A stretch of DNA of 63,254 bases, the filler included, from Platydemus manokwari (lineage: Eukaryota), in NCBI GenBank assembly GCA_037951405.1. It is 6 parts of 6 records of this genome, joined end to end, with 100 filler letters (N's around TTAATTAATTAA, not from the genome) between each part and the next. Parts side by side here need not be neighbours in the genome. Positions count along the whole stretch, not along the records: positions 11,142 to 24,030 come from JBBMOY011924717.1; positions 24,131 to 33,446 come from JBBMOY011266318.1; 4 more parts are not named here. One strand, 5' to 3'. The notes under the pieces were generated by a model. The model saw nothing but the letters and a program-made list of their open reading frames with translations. It was not told the DNA's origin and did not search any database. This document shows positions 12,701 to 25,803 of the stretch, piece after piece; the first letter of the stretch is position 1, and each line of letters starts with the position of its first letter. Position numbers and translations under genes: made by a program.

Positions 12701-14449
12701 ATGGTAAGTGGAAATAATTTTTTAGCTAGATATTTGTTGTTTTGTTTAATATTATATTGATTTAATTTTACTTATAATTTTTTTTACAAATTATCATTTC
12801 AATTTTCATAATGGCACTTTTCATCTGCTTCTTTTTCAATCACTCATAAAATCACTGCTTAAAAAATAAAATTTCTAATCCAGAATCAAATGATGGAAGA
12901 AAAAATTTCTTGGATCTTTTCCAGATAACCCCCCTATCTTTTGACAGCCTCAATTAAATCCACACACGCAACCTTGACCTATTTCTGATGTCTAGACATT
13001 TGCTCATGCCATAAAAACAACTCTTTATCCGCCTCTAGGCTCATCTTGTGCAAAAATTTTTCTACTTTCGCACGTCAAATCAGAAATGAACTTTCTGACG
13101 CTTTCGACTCTCATTCATGACAAGGAAACGGCAATATGTTCTTTGCAAGCCCACAGTGTGATCCATCACAACCTTTATGCAACAATAACTACCAAATTTC
13201 ACCCTCCTCAATAAAAACTAAAAGTACAAGTTTCATGTCCTCTTTTTTATAATCTTTTTTGGATGGTGGGGGTTAACTTTTTGGCGGAGCTTATCTGGAA
13301 AAGATACGATATCTTAAGGCCATTTATATATTTTACTTTTAAAATACAATCAAGATTAATATTTATCAAGATTTATAAATATAAATACATATATATAGTT
13401 AATTAATTCAATCTCAATTTATAGATCATACTGAAAGGCAGCGGTCTAAAAGGAGCTTGGGTTGGACAGAATGCCAAGTTTGTAGTGGACACTTTTAATG
13501 TTGGTCATGGTAAATTAGTTTTAAATCTGAATGCTATGAACTCTGAAATGGACAATATTCCAATCATTGTTGATAGACAACCAAATGGCACATATGATTG
13601 CAGTTATCAACCATTGATTCCCGGTAAAATGTGAACTGTACCATGAAGAGTTTTGTGACATTTCTATAGGAAAATATTTACTGCATGTCATTTGGGGTGA
13701 CACAATGGTAAAAGGTAGCCCATTTCCGATCAATATATGGAGTAAAGATCCAGCTAGAGAAATAAAATGTCGAGGAGATGGATTAAGTCATGGTTTAGTT
13801 GGTGAGACGAGTAGTATAGTTGTTGACACCAGTGATGTGTGCATAAAACATTTAACTAAACCCTATGAAATGGAATCAATGTTAACAGCAGTGATGATTG
13901 GACCAGATAAATCATCCACAAATTATGATTTCATCAAACAAAGGTTAATTTGGCATAACATGAAATCATATTTTATTATTAACAATCAAGTGATTTGCTA
14001 TATCAAGTGAATCTTCAACCTGATATCCCTGGTCGCTATCAACTTAATATAATGTATGGAGATGATCATATTCCAGGAAGCCCATTTTATCCATTTTTTA
14101 CTGATAAACAAAGTCTTGATAAACTCAAAGTATTTGGACCAGGACTCGAGTCAAGTCGACTTGATAATTTTCAGAGCTTTTTTACCGTGGACACCAGTGA
14201 AGCCGGAGTAGGAAAATTACGGGTAAAAGTTAAAGGTCCAAAAGGTTTGAATTATATACATATGATGTATAATCAGTAGATATTTGTCCTGTTTCAGAAG
14301 CCTTTAGAGTCGAAATGCAAAAAGTTTCCACAGATAATCGATTGATAAAATATTCATATCATCCTACAGAAATTGGAGAATACACCATATCCATCAATTG
14401 GAGTGGATGTCCCATTAAGGGATCCCCATTTCAGATATTATTAAATTGA
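12701..14449 (+). CDS. Filamin Ig-repeat protein (three repeats), jitterbug C-terminus-like
   Basis: Exons 12701-12703 (ATG|gtaagt, inferred), 13425-13623, 13670-13943, 13991-14244, 14298-14449. Each repeat has a G.GL start and GSPF end; KVKGPKEAFRVEMQ...Y.PTE.GEY...W.G....GSPF resembles the last jitterbug repeat. Confidence 0.85.
12908..13311. mobile_element. MITE (Tc1/mariner-pogo-like) in filamin intron 1
   Basis: Perfect 15-bp inverted repeat ATCTTTTCCAGATAA (12914) / TTATCTGGAAAAGAT (13291-13305); no coding capacity. Confidence 0.6.
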
Positions 14450-14729
14450 ACATGATTGATTAATTAGAGATTGATATCATTAATAAATTGTAATGTTGTG
14501 TTATAAAGAGCCGTTTAATGCACATCATAGCAGTATCACATTACTGGGGCAAGTTGCTAGAAATCAGATATTGCTGATAATGTAGATCCAATATCCCCAT
14601 ATTTGGAGACATGATATCAGATAACGATCACTCTGATGATCATCTCACAACCATACACCAACACATACACATCGTTTATCTGGAACAAGAAAATATGAAA
14701 GAGAATAATATTATTCACAAAATCTTGAT

Positions 14730-15700
14730 TCATAGCATGTCACAAACTCTTAGTGAAATAAGACCTTTCATTTGCTTAGTATCTGATGGATCATCTAGTG
14801 GTTTCAAATCATTATTGGCATTCCCGTCTTTGCTATTGGATATGATTGTCGGTTGTGCATCATGATGAGATTTCATTGAGCCCAATCTGAATAAACAATT
14901 GGAGTGTTAAGGGAATATTAAGATTAATAAATTTTTTTTAATGTGAATATTAATAGTATCGAATGAATGAATACGTTGAGCTGTATTTTTAGTATTACAG
15001 AATATTCTCACTGTAATAATTGTTGCTTATTCATTAATGATGGAATCGTTTGTGAAAAAAATGTTTTATTTGAAACGTTTCCTTACTCATTTCTGCCCAG
15101 AGCAGCTCTGTCTCGCTGGCGTCGATTTTTGAACCAATTGCCTACTTGAGTTGCAGTGAGACCAGTTCTGATTGCTAATTCACGTTTTCTACTCGGATTT
15201 GGGTAAGGATCTTTTGAATAGCAATCTTTCAGTAAGCAACGTGTTCTCTCTTGGAAACAATGTGTTCTTTGTTGTCCATCCCATATAGTCGACGGTAACG
15301 GATGGCGTTTCCTAACGCGATATTTATCCACTGGTCCCAGAGCTCTTCCTCTCAATTTTTCAGCTTCCGAATAATGAGCATCAAACCAAAACGTTTGTAA
15401 TTTCATGTGGGATTGAGATGAAAATCGATGATTTTCCAAAATAAAATACAATTCAGCAAAATTTCCACTGTGAAAAGCTACCATAGCACGTGATCTCAAT
15501 ACGACTTCATGGTGAAGAAGGCTATTCCATAATGTTTGACAACTAGATAAACACCACAAAAATCTTGCCAAACGTTTGATATCTCCACTCTCTTCCAGAT
15601 TCTCACAAACCTGACATATTTGAGTTATGGAAAAATTGGGAATTTTTAAATTTGTTGGAATTGGCAATAGTGGATGAGTTAATGAAAATAATTCATTCAT
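14730..15700 (-). CDS. six3/6: SIX-family homeobox protein, Six3/6 (Optix) subfamily
   Basis: Exon 1 (15700-15087) has the SIX domain ([28 protein letters not shown]) and homeodomain [12 protein letters not shown]...[13 protein letters not shown]...[15 protein letters not shown]; QRTH is closest to the Six3/6 QKTH signature. Intron 15086-14887 follows the homeodomain; exon 2 is open to TGA at 14730 (further 3' splicing possible). Confidence 0.93.
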
Positions 15701-16721
15701 ATTTAAAACGCGTAAATCCCATGATTGATGTTTTTATATCATTGAATTTTGTTTAATTTTATTGGTGGGTTTTAAGATGCGCTCAAATATGATTGGATGA
15801 TGTGTAAATGTTATGATGTGGAATGATTTCAATTAAAAGTTTGAAAAATTATTAATATTTTTCATTATATGATCTTATGAAAGAATATATTTTCATCGAT
15901 AGCTTCGTTGTTATATTAAAACAACAATTAAGATATTTTTTGAAATTAAAAAGTGGGAAAAGAAGAGCTTAATTAAAATCTCATCATAATATTCCCAAAG
16001 CATCTGAAATGATAAATGTGCCTAAGGAAAGTCATTAATTGATTATCTACAAGAGTAGTACTCAAGGATTTATAATGAACAAATGGAATGGTTGAAAATG
16101 TTCTTTTTGAAATTTTGTATTGAATCTTATAGAAGTTACTGATGATGCATTTCTTTTCCAACCTCTTAGATATATCAGCATCTATTCATAAATTATTAGC
16201 ATTTTATAAGGTCACACCTAATAACACATATTAATAAAGTATATGAATTGAAAGATAAAATCCCAGAATTTCGAGACAGATATATTTAAGATATTTAGAT
16301 CCAGATATCTTGTGACGCTCATCGAATTATATCAACTTCAAACCATGGCGAATTTTATGGATTTTGTCAAATAACGATAAGAAATCATATGATATCTGAG
16401 GATAGTTTTATTTATTTTATATTGAAGGCACATTGTTTATTTTAAATATTTATCCATCTAGTAAAGAAGTATTGATTACCTTATCTCAATTCTTTACAAT
16501 ATGAAAAAATTCTAAATCTAATGAAACGACTCTGTAGTGATTTATAGAAACGAGCTACAAATTCCCAACCATATCTTCAAATAGCCCTTAATATATCATC
16601 AGGATTATCCTCACAACCATCCATGTAATCACCAACGATATCGACTGCCATATCCCAACAATTATCCATCACTAATTTAATTGCAGATACTCGAATTGTC
16701 ATTATTCATTTACTCCTAATA

Positions 16722-17142
16722 TGTTACAGTGCCGTCCCCGAGTGTCACATCACCAATCAGGACGTCGATTTGTAGCAGCAAAACTTATGTCATCGATAGA
16801 ATACGCAGCAACAGTTACAATTAACACACGATAATTGCTCGCCACTCCTCATTCTGAGTACTGTAGACCATTGTCCACTGCATCTTTCTCTTGGGAGCTC
16901 TTTTGACTTGACTGAAAACTGAGCGTCCACCGAATGATAATGAGTCTACTTCGAGTCTGCAAGATCAAATCAAGTGCTTATTACCCACTGCAATTCAACG
17001 GAACGTGATCAAGCTCTCCCCAGCTCAGATGCTCAACAGTAGTAATGACTGGTTTTTGAAATTTAATTTCTCTCTTGTAATTGTTTTATCCGTCTTTTTA
17101 AATTTGCTTTGACTAATCAACATTAAATACTCGCGTCACGGA
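16722..17142 (+). mobile_element. Possible solo LTR
   Basis: GC-richer island starting TGTTACA, ATTAAA near the 3' end, AATA on both flanks; 3' end is GA rather than CA. Confidence 0.3.
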
Positions 17143-19806
17143 AATATTGTTATCGATGTGGCGAAGAGAATAATGACAACAAAAGAACAATATCTTATGA
17201 AGATATATTTGTCGTTTCAATAAATATTTGATCATTTCACCGCAAATAATTATGGGCTACATTATAACAACAATTAGATGAAAAATTTGAAAATCAGTTT
17301 GTTTGCTTGATGCATTTATATGAAATTCAATAAATTACATATATATATATATATATATTTGAAGATGTAAAGATTTATTAAAAACAAAAATTTCTCGTTT
17401 GATTCTCAAAGTCAAGAATTTTGGTTTTTATATTCCAAATTTTTTAAGTCTTAGACGAATTCAACAAGCATGGATATATTTGCTCTGTGCTAGTTTCGCG
17501 ATCACCCCATACTTCATCAATTACCAGGCTAAAATCTAAAAACAGGATATAGTTGTGAAATAATAATAAAATTCATCTCCGTGGCGGAGTTTTTTCTGAT
17601 CTAAAATGAAAATGCAAGATAATATATATTCTATATACTATAATCGATTTATACATGGTTTTCTCCATGACGAGATGATCTCAGCAATCAAGATAGATGC
17701 ACTCTACCACACGATAAAAATGAATAATAAGGTAGAGAAGACTATACTATCTCTCAGATAAACCTTATAAAAACAGGCAATAACAACAATAATAGAAATA
17801 CCTATATTTACATAACTTCAAAATTTATTCACTCACCTAATTTATCGTTCACATTTGATAGTTTTTTTATTTAAGTCTGCAAATTCTTTGTCAACACAAA
17901 TAAGATCCTTCGTCAGATTCTGTTTAATAAAACATGTGCTAAGAATTAAGATAATTATTATATAAAATAATGACCTTCGATTTGTATTGAATAAACCAGG
18001 TCTATCTATCATTAGTAAAAGGTAATTTCATTGTGCTATAAAGTATAAATTGAATTATCAAGCAAGCCAATATTCTGCAAGTAATAAGCAAAACTAAATC
18101 CAATGGTTGGTATTGATATTATAAATGTCATCATGAGGAACAACTCAAAATAAACGAGACAAGTCGTAAGTTTTGGTGAATGTGACCGAAGTTCTTTGGT
18201 TATCAAATCAAATAAATAATTATTTAAATATGCTCAGATAATTTACACAATATTTATGGTTGGATAAGATTATGAAACTGGTTTATTTTTGAAATAGATT
18301 TGATTATTATTTCGATATTAATTTACAATGTTTCGTTACTGAAATAGGAATTTTTATTAATTGTTGAATGCACTATTATCTGCTGCATAACGAAGTAATG
18401 GCTGTAGTACAAAGAGATTGTGTTCTGTATGAAATAATATCTACCATATATTATGATGATTTAATAATAAAGTAAACAGAATTTATTCGATAGGAGCTTG
18501 TTAAAGATAAAAAACCAAACACAAAGTATACTTACTAGATTAGAAAATAACTCAATTAAATGTTATTAGTGCAAAAAGTAAGGCACAATAAGAGCTTGTA
18601 GAAATTGTAGATAATTAAAGTGGACAAAAATGCAAACCTGCTTTTGCAAGGGTAATACTATGAAATTTATGTGATGATTTTCGTTAAATGTAATTTAATT
18701 TATTTGGAAATGGATTTGCACTTTTAATTTTTCTCTCGTGGATTTGGATTTATTATGAAAATTTCAGGGTTAAAAATAATTTGAAAATAAGTTAATTACT
18801 TACCATAATATAGTAAAATATTTATCGTAATAAAATAATATATCAATCAAATGTTTTGATTTCATCCAAAATGTGTTTATTAAAAAATGTGGAGTCCCGA
18901 ATGTTTCCCAAAATGAGAAACAAATTAATGCAATTAAAATAAATAAAATAAAAGAGCTTTAATTTGAGTCTGTGTAGAAGTAGTTTCTAACCGGACTGGG
19001 TGTCCTCGAGATCCTGAACACAACATTTAAATTGTGTTTAAATTGTACCCTGGCCTTTAAAGCCATAATTTTTGGATAAAATAAAATTTATTAATAATGA
19101 AGTCGAATTTTAGATGAATAATCAAATTAAAACAAATAAAATTATCAAAACAACAGAACAGAGATTTGGTATCGGGCATCACCTCGATAATTCATTTCTT
19201 TAGTGTCTGCTTAATAAAATATTGATTTTGTGTGATGCAAATAGTTTGATCAAGATTTTTGTGCACAATAGTTAAATTTTGTGATAGGGGTTTATAGTAA
19301 ACAGCTCTAGTGGTTAACTCTCTTTAGCCTGCATACAGAGTTAAGGAATTGTGATAGCTTGATAAAATATATCAAGGCCGAAAAGAGCAAATTATATCTA
19401 AAAATTTGAATAATTTTCAGTATAATAGGAATGATTTTTGAAACTGAAGATCGATTCTTCTACACTTTTGGTATTGTTTGAGATAGATTTTAATTTATTC
19501 TCTCCCTGTCGATTTATTTTTAGCCAAAATTTAGTCAATTTTTTTTAATGATTCATAATTTTATCTTCAATTTTAATGGTTGTTTCTTTCATCGGGAAGT
19601 TTGACTTTTTAGTGGATTTTATGATATTTAATGAAGTTTAAAAAGCCGATAACATTTAATCAATAATTAAATTATCGACTTTGAAATACTTCTTCAATTC
19701 TTTACTTCAGTAATAAACAAAGCTCTGTGCAGTTAATAATTCGAATAATTTAAAGCACTATATAAAAAATGTGTAAACTGTCATTCTTGGGAAATGAAAA
19801 AGCTGT

Positions 19807-21985
19807 AGTAACGTGGTTAAATAAACAAACATGTTATATTTTTTACATAATTGATTGACGGATTGTTTAGTTTTTTAATGTTAATGATGTAACTGCCGAC
19901 CACGCCAGCTACTGGAGAGCTTGCCGAAACAAGCATAGGAGACTCTTAATTTTAATATCCGAAAATTTGATGGAAAAAATTCTAATAAAGCTTCAAAGTG
20001 AATACGAGATATAGAGGAGTGGCCATTCATTAATGATCTCAGCCTGATTAGCGCATTCGATTTACTGCTTTCAAACGAGGCAGGTATTCTGTGGAAAAAT
20101 TTCAAATCTGATAACACCAAGGAAGATTCAACTAAATCGTTGTTTGGAGATACGTTCACGATCAAAGAATTTATAATGGATATGATTTTCGAACTTGCAA
20201 ATGTTCAACAATCGAGATAAATTCCGGATAATAGTGAAAGATATCATCAGGATGAGAACACGATCGAATGGGTTAAAAGACGCTATTGCCCTAAAGTCAG
20301 ACAGGGATATAATTGGAGTTAGGAGTGCTGTAAAGGTCTTCGGAAATTTGAAATAAAGTTTTTAACGAGATTCCCAGGTAGTCAATACAATCCGTAGAGA
20401 TATCTATGCTCAAGCCTTAAAAACTGGAAGAAGCAACTGGTGGAATAACCAATTCAAAAAAGAAAGCAATGAGCCAAGTGCTCATAAACCACTACATACT
20501 ATCAGTACATGAAACCTCGAGCCAATAGCTTCAGAACAGAAGTTCGTTTCAGGTATAGAGAAACCAGCATTTTCTGGGAGAAAGCGATCACAACAGAAGC
20601 CAGTGCCACCTAAAACACAAATGTTTAATATACTGACAAGAAGGCCATCATTTCAGATCTTGCCATTGAATACAAGGTACCAGACACAGAGTAGAAATTA
20701 GAATTTTATGTGTTCAGGACGAGGTCGAGAAGCAACTTGATTCAATCGAAAACCCAGTGATGCACGAGGTAGAAGACCAAAAAACCGCTCCAACTCCGTC
20801 GCATGCATTTCATAGGTGAGTTTGAATCAATAGATAATAAGAAAATTTGAAATTGAAGAGAGATATTTAGATGTAGAGAGATATTTAAGAAGGACGGCTG
20901 TTGGATTCGAGGACATCTATCACAGTGATGAACGAAAGCTATTGGAAGATACCCAAAATTGTAGGATAACTTGATTACGCTTAGTTGAGTGTTTTCAACA
21001 GGTACTGAACATCCTCTGGGTTATGCAGAAGTGATGGTCAAGTGGAAAGGAAAGAAAAGGAAAATTAGGGTTGGGATTCCAAAATGAATTTGCCCCGACT
21101 TCATCGGATGTGTCGACACTATTAATGCATTCGGGATTCAGCTGAAAGAGGTAGCCACAATCGATTCATCACAATTTAACTGCAAATTTATAGATGATGA
21201 AAGATTGAAAAACGCACTCGAAATGATCAAGACTGAGAACACTGTTATAATTGATAAACTCATCAAGGAATACGGAAAATATGCATGGTTTCGAAATTAG
21301 ATTTAGGCAGAACCAACTTAGTTGTTCAAGATATTATAACTACCGGAAATTCTATTTCGCAGAATCCCAGAAGACAGCCTATGCATTTAGAAGCAAAAAC
21401 TGAAGATGAGATAAAAAAACTTTCTCGAAATAGGAGTAATAAGATCGCACAAGAGTACTTGGAATTCACCACTGGTCATCGTAGGGAAAAAGGACGGATA
21501 TGTCCGGTTGTGTGTAGAATATCGAAGACTCAATGGAGTAACAGAAAAATTTAGTTTTCCCACGCCTGATATCCATCAACTTCTAGACTATTTAGTGGAT
21601 GCTAAATATTTCTCCTCGATAGATTTAAGCCAGGCTTATTACCAAGTCTAACTAAGTTCGAGGTCCCGAGATTGCATAGCTTTTAGCTAAATTAACCGGC
21701 CAATTCTGTTTAAAAAGACTCTCGTTTGGCCTATCTACAGCACTAGCAAGTTTACAAAAGCTAATGCATAAGCTGGGGGATGGATTGATCTTTAACGGTG
21801 CTGTGGTATATTTGGATGATGTGCTGATATGCGGGAAAACTCAGCAAGAGCATGACGATCTACTGGAAGCCATGTTTCAATGAATTCAAGAATCTGGTCT
21901 GAAAGTCAATCAGGAGAAATGTACACTAATCAGAGATGACGTAAGGTTTTTTGGCCACACGGTCAGTGCGAAGGGCATATAGACT
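19807..21985 (+). mobile_element. Ty3/gypsy retrotransposon, family A copy 1 (5' LTR, PBS, gag, protease, RT; decayed, 3' truncated)
   Basis: LTR 19807-19894 (AGTAAC...GTAACT); PBS-like TGCCGACCACG; RT motifs YFSSIDLSQAYYQV, VYLDDVLI (~21806-21829) and GHTVSAKGI; gag region alignable to 51330-51780. Confidence 0.85.
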
Positions 21986-23093
21986 TGTTGGGGTTTCCAG
22001 AAAGTGACTAATAATTATGATAATATTGTGTATAATAGTGAAAATATTCAATGTATAAAAGTAGAAAGTATGAAATATCGATGTATATTATAGTAATTTA
22101 TAATTTTTATAATTTGGTTGATTTTTAACGATTTTTTAGCTATTGAAAAATGTAGCGTTTATCGATGCCTGAAGTCGATTGAATTTTTATGATATTGCTA
22201 AAAATCGGAACATTTAGTTGCTATTGCATGAAGCAATTATTTTATTTTATTTTATTTTTACCGCAATGTAGCGACATATTTTAATTTATCGCATTGTAGT
22301 GATATAGTTTTAATTTTTCTTCACACTGTAGTGAATTTATGTAGCAATTTTTATAATCGCATTGTAGCGATATTTTTATGACGGCACTTCTGAGAGAAAA
22401 ATAAATATATTAATTATTGCGTAATAATTTATGTTACAGCATTTATTTAAAATGAAACATATTTTATATATAGATGAATTTCATGGCAATAAAAAAATAG
22501 CGGAAAGAATAAAGGAACTTATATATATTTTCTAAAAATGTATCTAAATATTTTATTTGGTAGGATTAAAAGAGCCGACTTTCAAACCTTATAAATAGAA
22601 GTTGCAATCATTACAAGTCGCCCTTATTGTGAAACCACTAGGATTACGTGAAGCTCGGCCCATTATAAGAAACCACTAGAGAAAGTGAAGTCAAATTCAA
22701 CACCAACAAGAATACGTGAAGATACATATTGCCATAAGAAGCCTTTGCGTTATATGCCTTTCGATTTTTGCCATTGAATTGATCAAGTTTTAAGTGAGTT
22801 AGATTGTTTTGTAAAATCATAATTTGTATTATATATCGTATTATCATTTATCTCGTATCATCGAGCTGTGTCTCAAATTCCCCAGTTAACTGGTTTTGCC
22901 TCAAAAGTGTAGGATCTATTAACATCAACTTGTTCAAAGAAGTTGTTAAAGTTAGTGTAGCATTAGAATTATCTCGTAACTTTTGTTATTATATTATTTG
23001 TTAAGCAGTTTTATTGTTATATATTGTAGTAAAAAGCCTTCTTTATTGATTAAATAGAGAACACAAATAATTGCGCATTATCATTGGTGTCAG
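21986..23093 (+). mobile_element. Long LTR (~1.1 kb) plus PBS of a second LTR family abutting the copy-1 RT
   Basis: Starts TGTTGGGG exactly where RT homology stops; ends ...ATTATCA (23083) followed by TGGTGTCAG (tRNA-Leu-type PBS); internal TATAAATA and short tandem subrepeats. Confidence 0.6.
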
Positions 23094-23897
23094 CGATTTT
23101 AGGAATTCCAATAAGATGCATAATTGATACTTATATATGAGATATATCACTATTGCCACACCTATTGCCTTCACACAATATGTTATACGAGGCGAGCATT
23201 AGACAAAATACAGTAGATTGCTCTTTTGTCCTTAATCAAGAGGCTTATTGACACAATAAAGATATAAAATAAAAATAAAATTAATAAAATAATTAAATCA
23301 ATAATGCCCGAACATAACATTTTGATAACTCTAAGCATAATTGTTTTATCACTCCAGATCATTTTTCATTTTCTTCAATATCATGTTCGAAAACACAATT
23401 TACTGATCTGAAATTGTTTTCATCTGAAGGTTTTAGCGGTTTTCTTGTTTTCTTCAATGATTAGCAACCTATTACTAATTGCTCAAGTTTTCCTTATTCA
23501 ATATGGATAATATTTCGTCTGGTATTCACTTTATGTCTGGTTGATCGCTTTTAAAACCAGAAACTTTCTTTTGCTTTCTGATCAAATTTCGGCGCTTCAA
23601 TATTCAAGCAGTGAAATTGGACTCAAAAATCAAACACAGTGCCAAGGTTTTGCTAACTTAATTTTTTTATAACAAATGTAAAATAAACTTAAAAGAAAAC
23701 AAAAGCTTCTTACAACATTATTTCTACTTAATATTTGTCTACAAGCTCCAAATAATAGTTATACGTTTTAGCTTATAAAATATCATTTTATCAGTAAAAA
23801 TTATGTATAAACTTTATAAAATGGAATGAACACAAACAAAAATTATTGTTTCATAGTTGATATACAATATAAACGATCAAGTTGATATATATATATA

Positions 23898-24276
23898 GTA
23901 CAGTCCATCATTTTCAATGACTCGAAGTTATCTTTCTGCCAATTGCTCGATCACATGGCGATACCAGTCAGGCGTCTTGGAAGCGAAAAATTTGGTGATT
24001 CCAGTTTTGACCTCTTCCTCAGAAGCAAAGNNNNNNNNNNNNNNNNNNNNNNNNNNNNNNNNNNNNNNNNNNNNTTAATTAATTAANNNNNNNNNNNNNN
24101 NNNNNNNNNNNNNNNNNNNNNNNNNNNNNNACCTTTCGTATTTAACTGATGATGTCGCCCAGTGACTGCTGCACAGCGCTGCCATCTGGTATTGCTTGCT
24201 AAATGACGAATACGGAAAATTTCGCATCCATGCCTTTTAGTCCGACATAACTTTTATGGATGTTACATGCCTTGTA
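23898..24276 (-). mobile_element. mariner transposon spanning an assembly gap
   Basis: Minus-strand FASEEEVKTGITKFFASKTPDWYRHVIEQLAER... matches mariner transposase C-termini; a probable element 5' end lies after the gap. Confidence 0.7.
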
Positions 24277-25803
24277 CACTTACTTTTGGGACATTCCTCG
24301 TATTAATTTATGCCTATAAATGAAAATTTGTGCACGAATTTTACCAGGTTTTAACAACCGATCATTTGTACTTTTCCCCTCTTTTGAATTTACATAAAAC
24401 AGAATCTAAATGAGCGTTAGACGAATAATTATAATAAATGATTTTGCAAGTGATTTGGAAAAGAAATATGTTTATTTGGTTTCAAATAGTTATCTAATGG
24501 ACTTGATTTTTATTAGAAAAAATATTGGATTGATTTGCTTTTATCTGAACAAGATTTTAATATTTTTAGATGCTCGATAAAGAAAATATTTAGAAATATT
24601 GATTAATAATAAAGAACAGCAATATTGAGACTGGGACACACTTGACAATGGTACGTTAATCAAAACTAGGACCCCAGAATAAATTAAAAATAAATCTTTT
24701 CAAATAGATTGTAAAGATTAAATAAAATGTATTATATATGATATCAAAAATGGTTTATTCTGCTAGAAATAATAAATACAGCAAAAAATAATAATCTATA
24801 ATACAAGCAATTCTACTAGATTTCCATGGTAACGACCAATGTGCTTCAGGCTACAATGTTAATAAGAAAAAAATTCAATACAATCTGTTGCTACTGTTAT
24901 TGTGAAAATGTGAACAGTTTTTCACCAGAAATATCAGATATAATTTTGTCATTTATTCGACAAAATGTGGTATTGCAGAAACATTTTCAAGATTAAAAAG
25001 CTTTAGAAATACGTCGAGAGTTAAACAATTTATTATTAATTTCAATAACTGATATGAAAAAACAAATGATATAAAAATATTCAACAACGAAAAACGTTTG
25101 AAGAAAATGTTTTGAAAATGATTTTAATGGTCAATTAGAGCTCAACATTTCTCCATTAATATGTCAATATTGGTTGATAGTTATAATTTATTTTTAAAAA
25201 TAATTATTTATATTCACAATAGCTGATCAATTACTATAGTAAACAATTCTTGATATAATGATTTAATAAATAATAATAAATTTATTAATGTATATTTTTG
25301 CATATTTGAAAAGAATGATTTATTATTATTATTATAAAAAGAGAATCGTTACCATGGAAACGAACTCAAAATTATTAAAAATAATTATTATTTTCATTTT
25401 ATTATTGATTGTGAAAATCGCAATAAAAATTCCAAAATTTCTAAAATTAAAAATCAATACAGATTACAAAATCATTCACATCTTTAATTGGGAATTATAT
25501 TAAAAATACAAAAAAATAAGGAAAAGATTCAATTTCCAATGTAATTAGAGATAAAGAATATTCAAATGATATAAAATTAAATGATCAGTTATTGTTCATT
25601 GTGATCGTCAATCATGTCATGATAAAAACATTGACAAGCCAGACAGACAAAAATTTCCAAAGATTTCTTAATAAATACTCTTTTAGTTAGGGCGCCGGCT
25701 GAAGTGCTCTCACAACAATTAACATCTGTCGCATTCCAATTGGGGAAATTATTGTATAAAGTTCAAATATATGCTTGGTATTGTTAATATGGTGGAACAA
25801 TTA

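Noticed and set aside
14611-15149. Plus-strand ORFs 14611-14865 and 14967-15149
   Set aside because: Antisense shadows of Six3/6; likewise 13521-13733, 36336-36521, 44436-44720 and the minus-strand ORFs over gypsy elements.
16300-16680. Weak H-NOX (soluble guanylate cyclase) resemblance
   Set aside because: Needs reading through a stop codon and rests on few residues; no YxSxR motif or cyclase exons seen.
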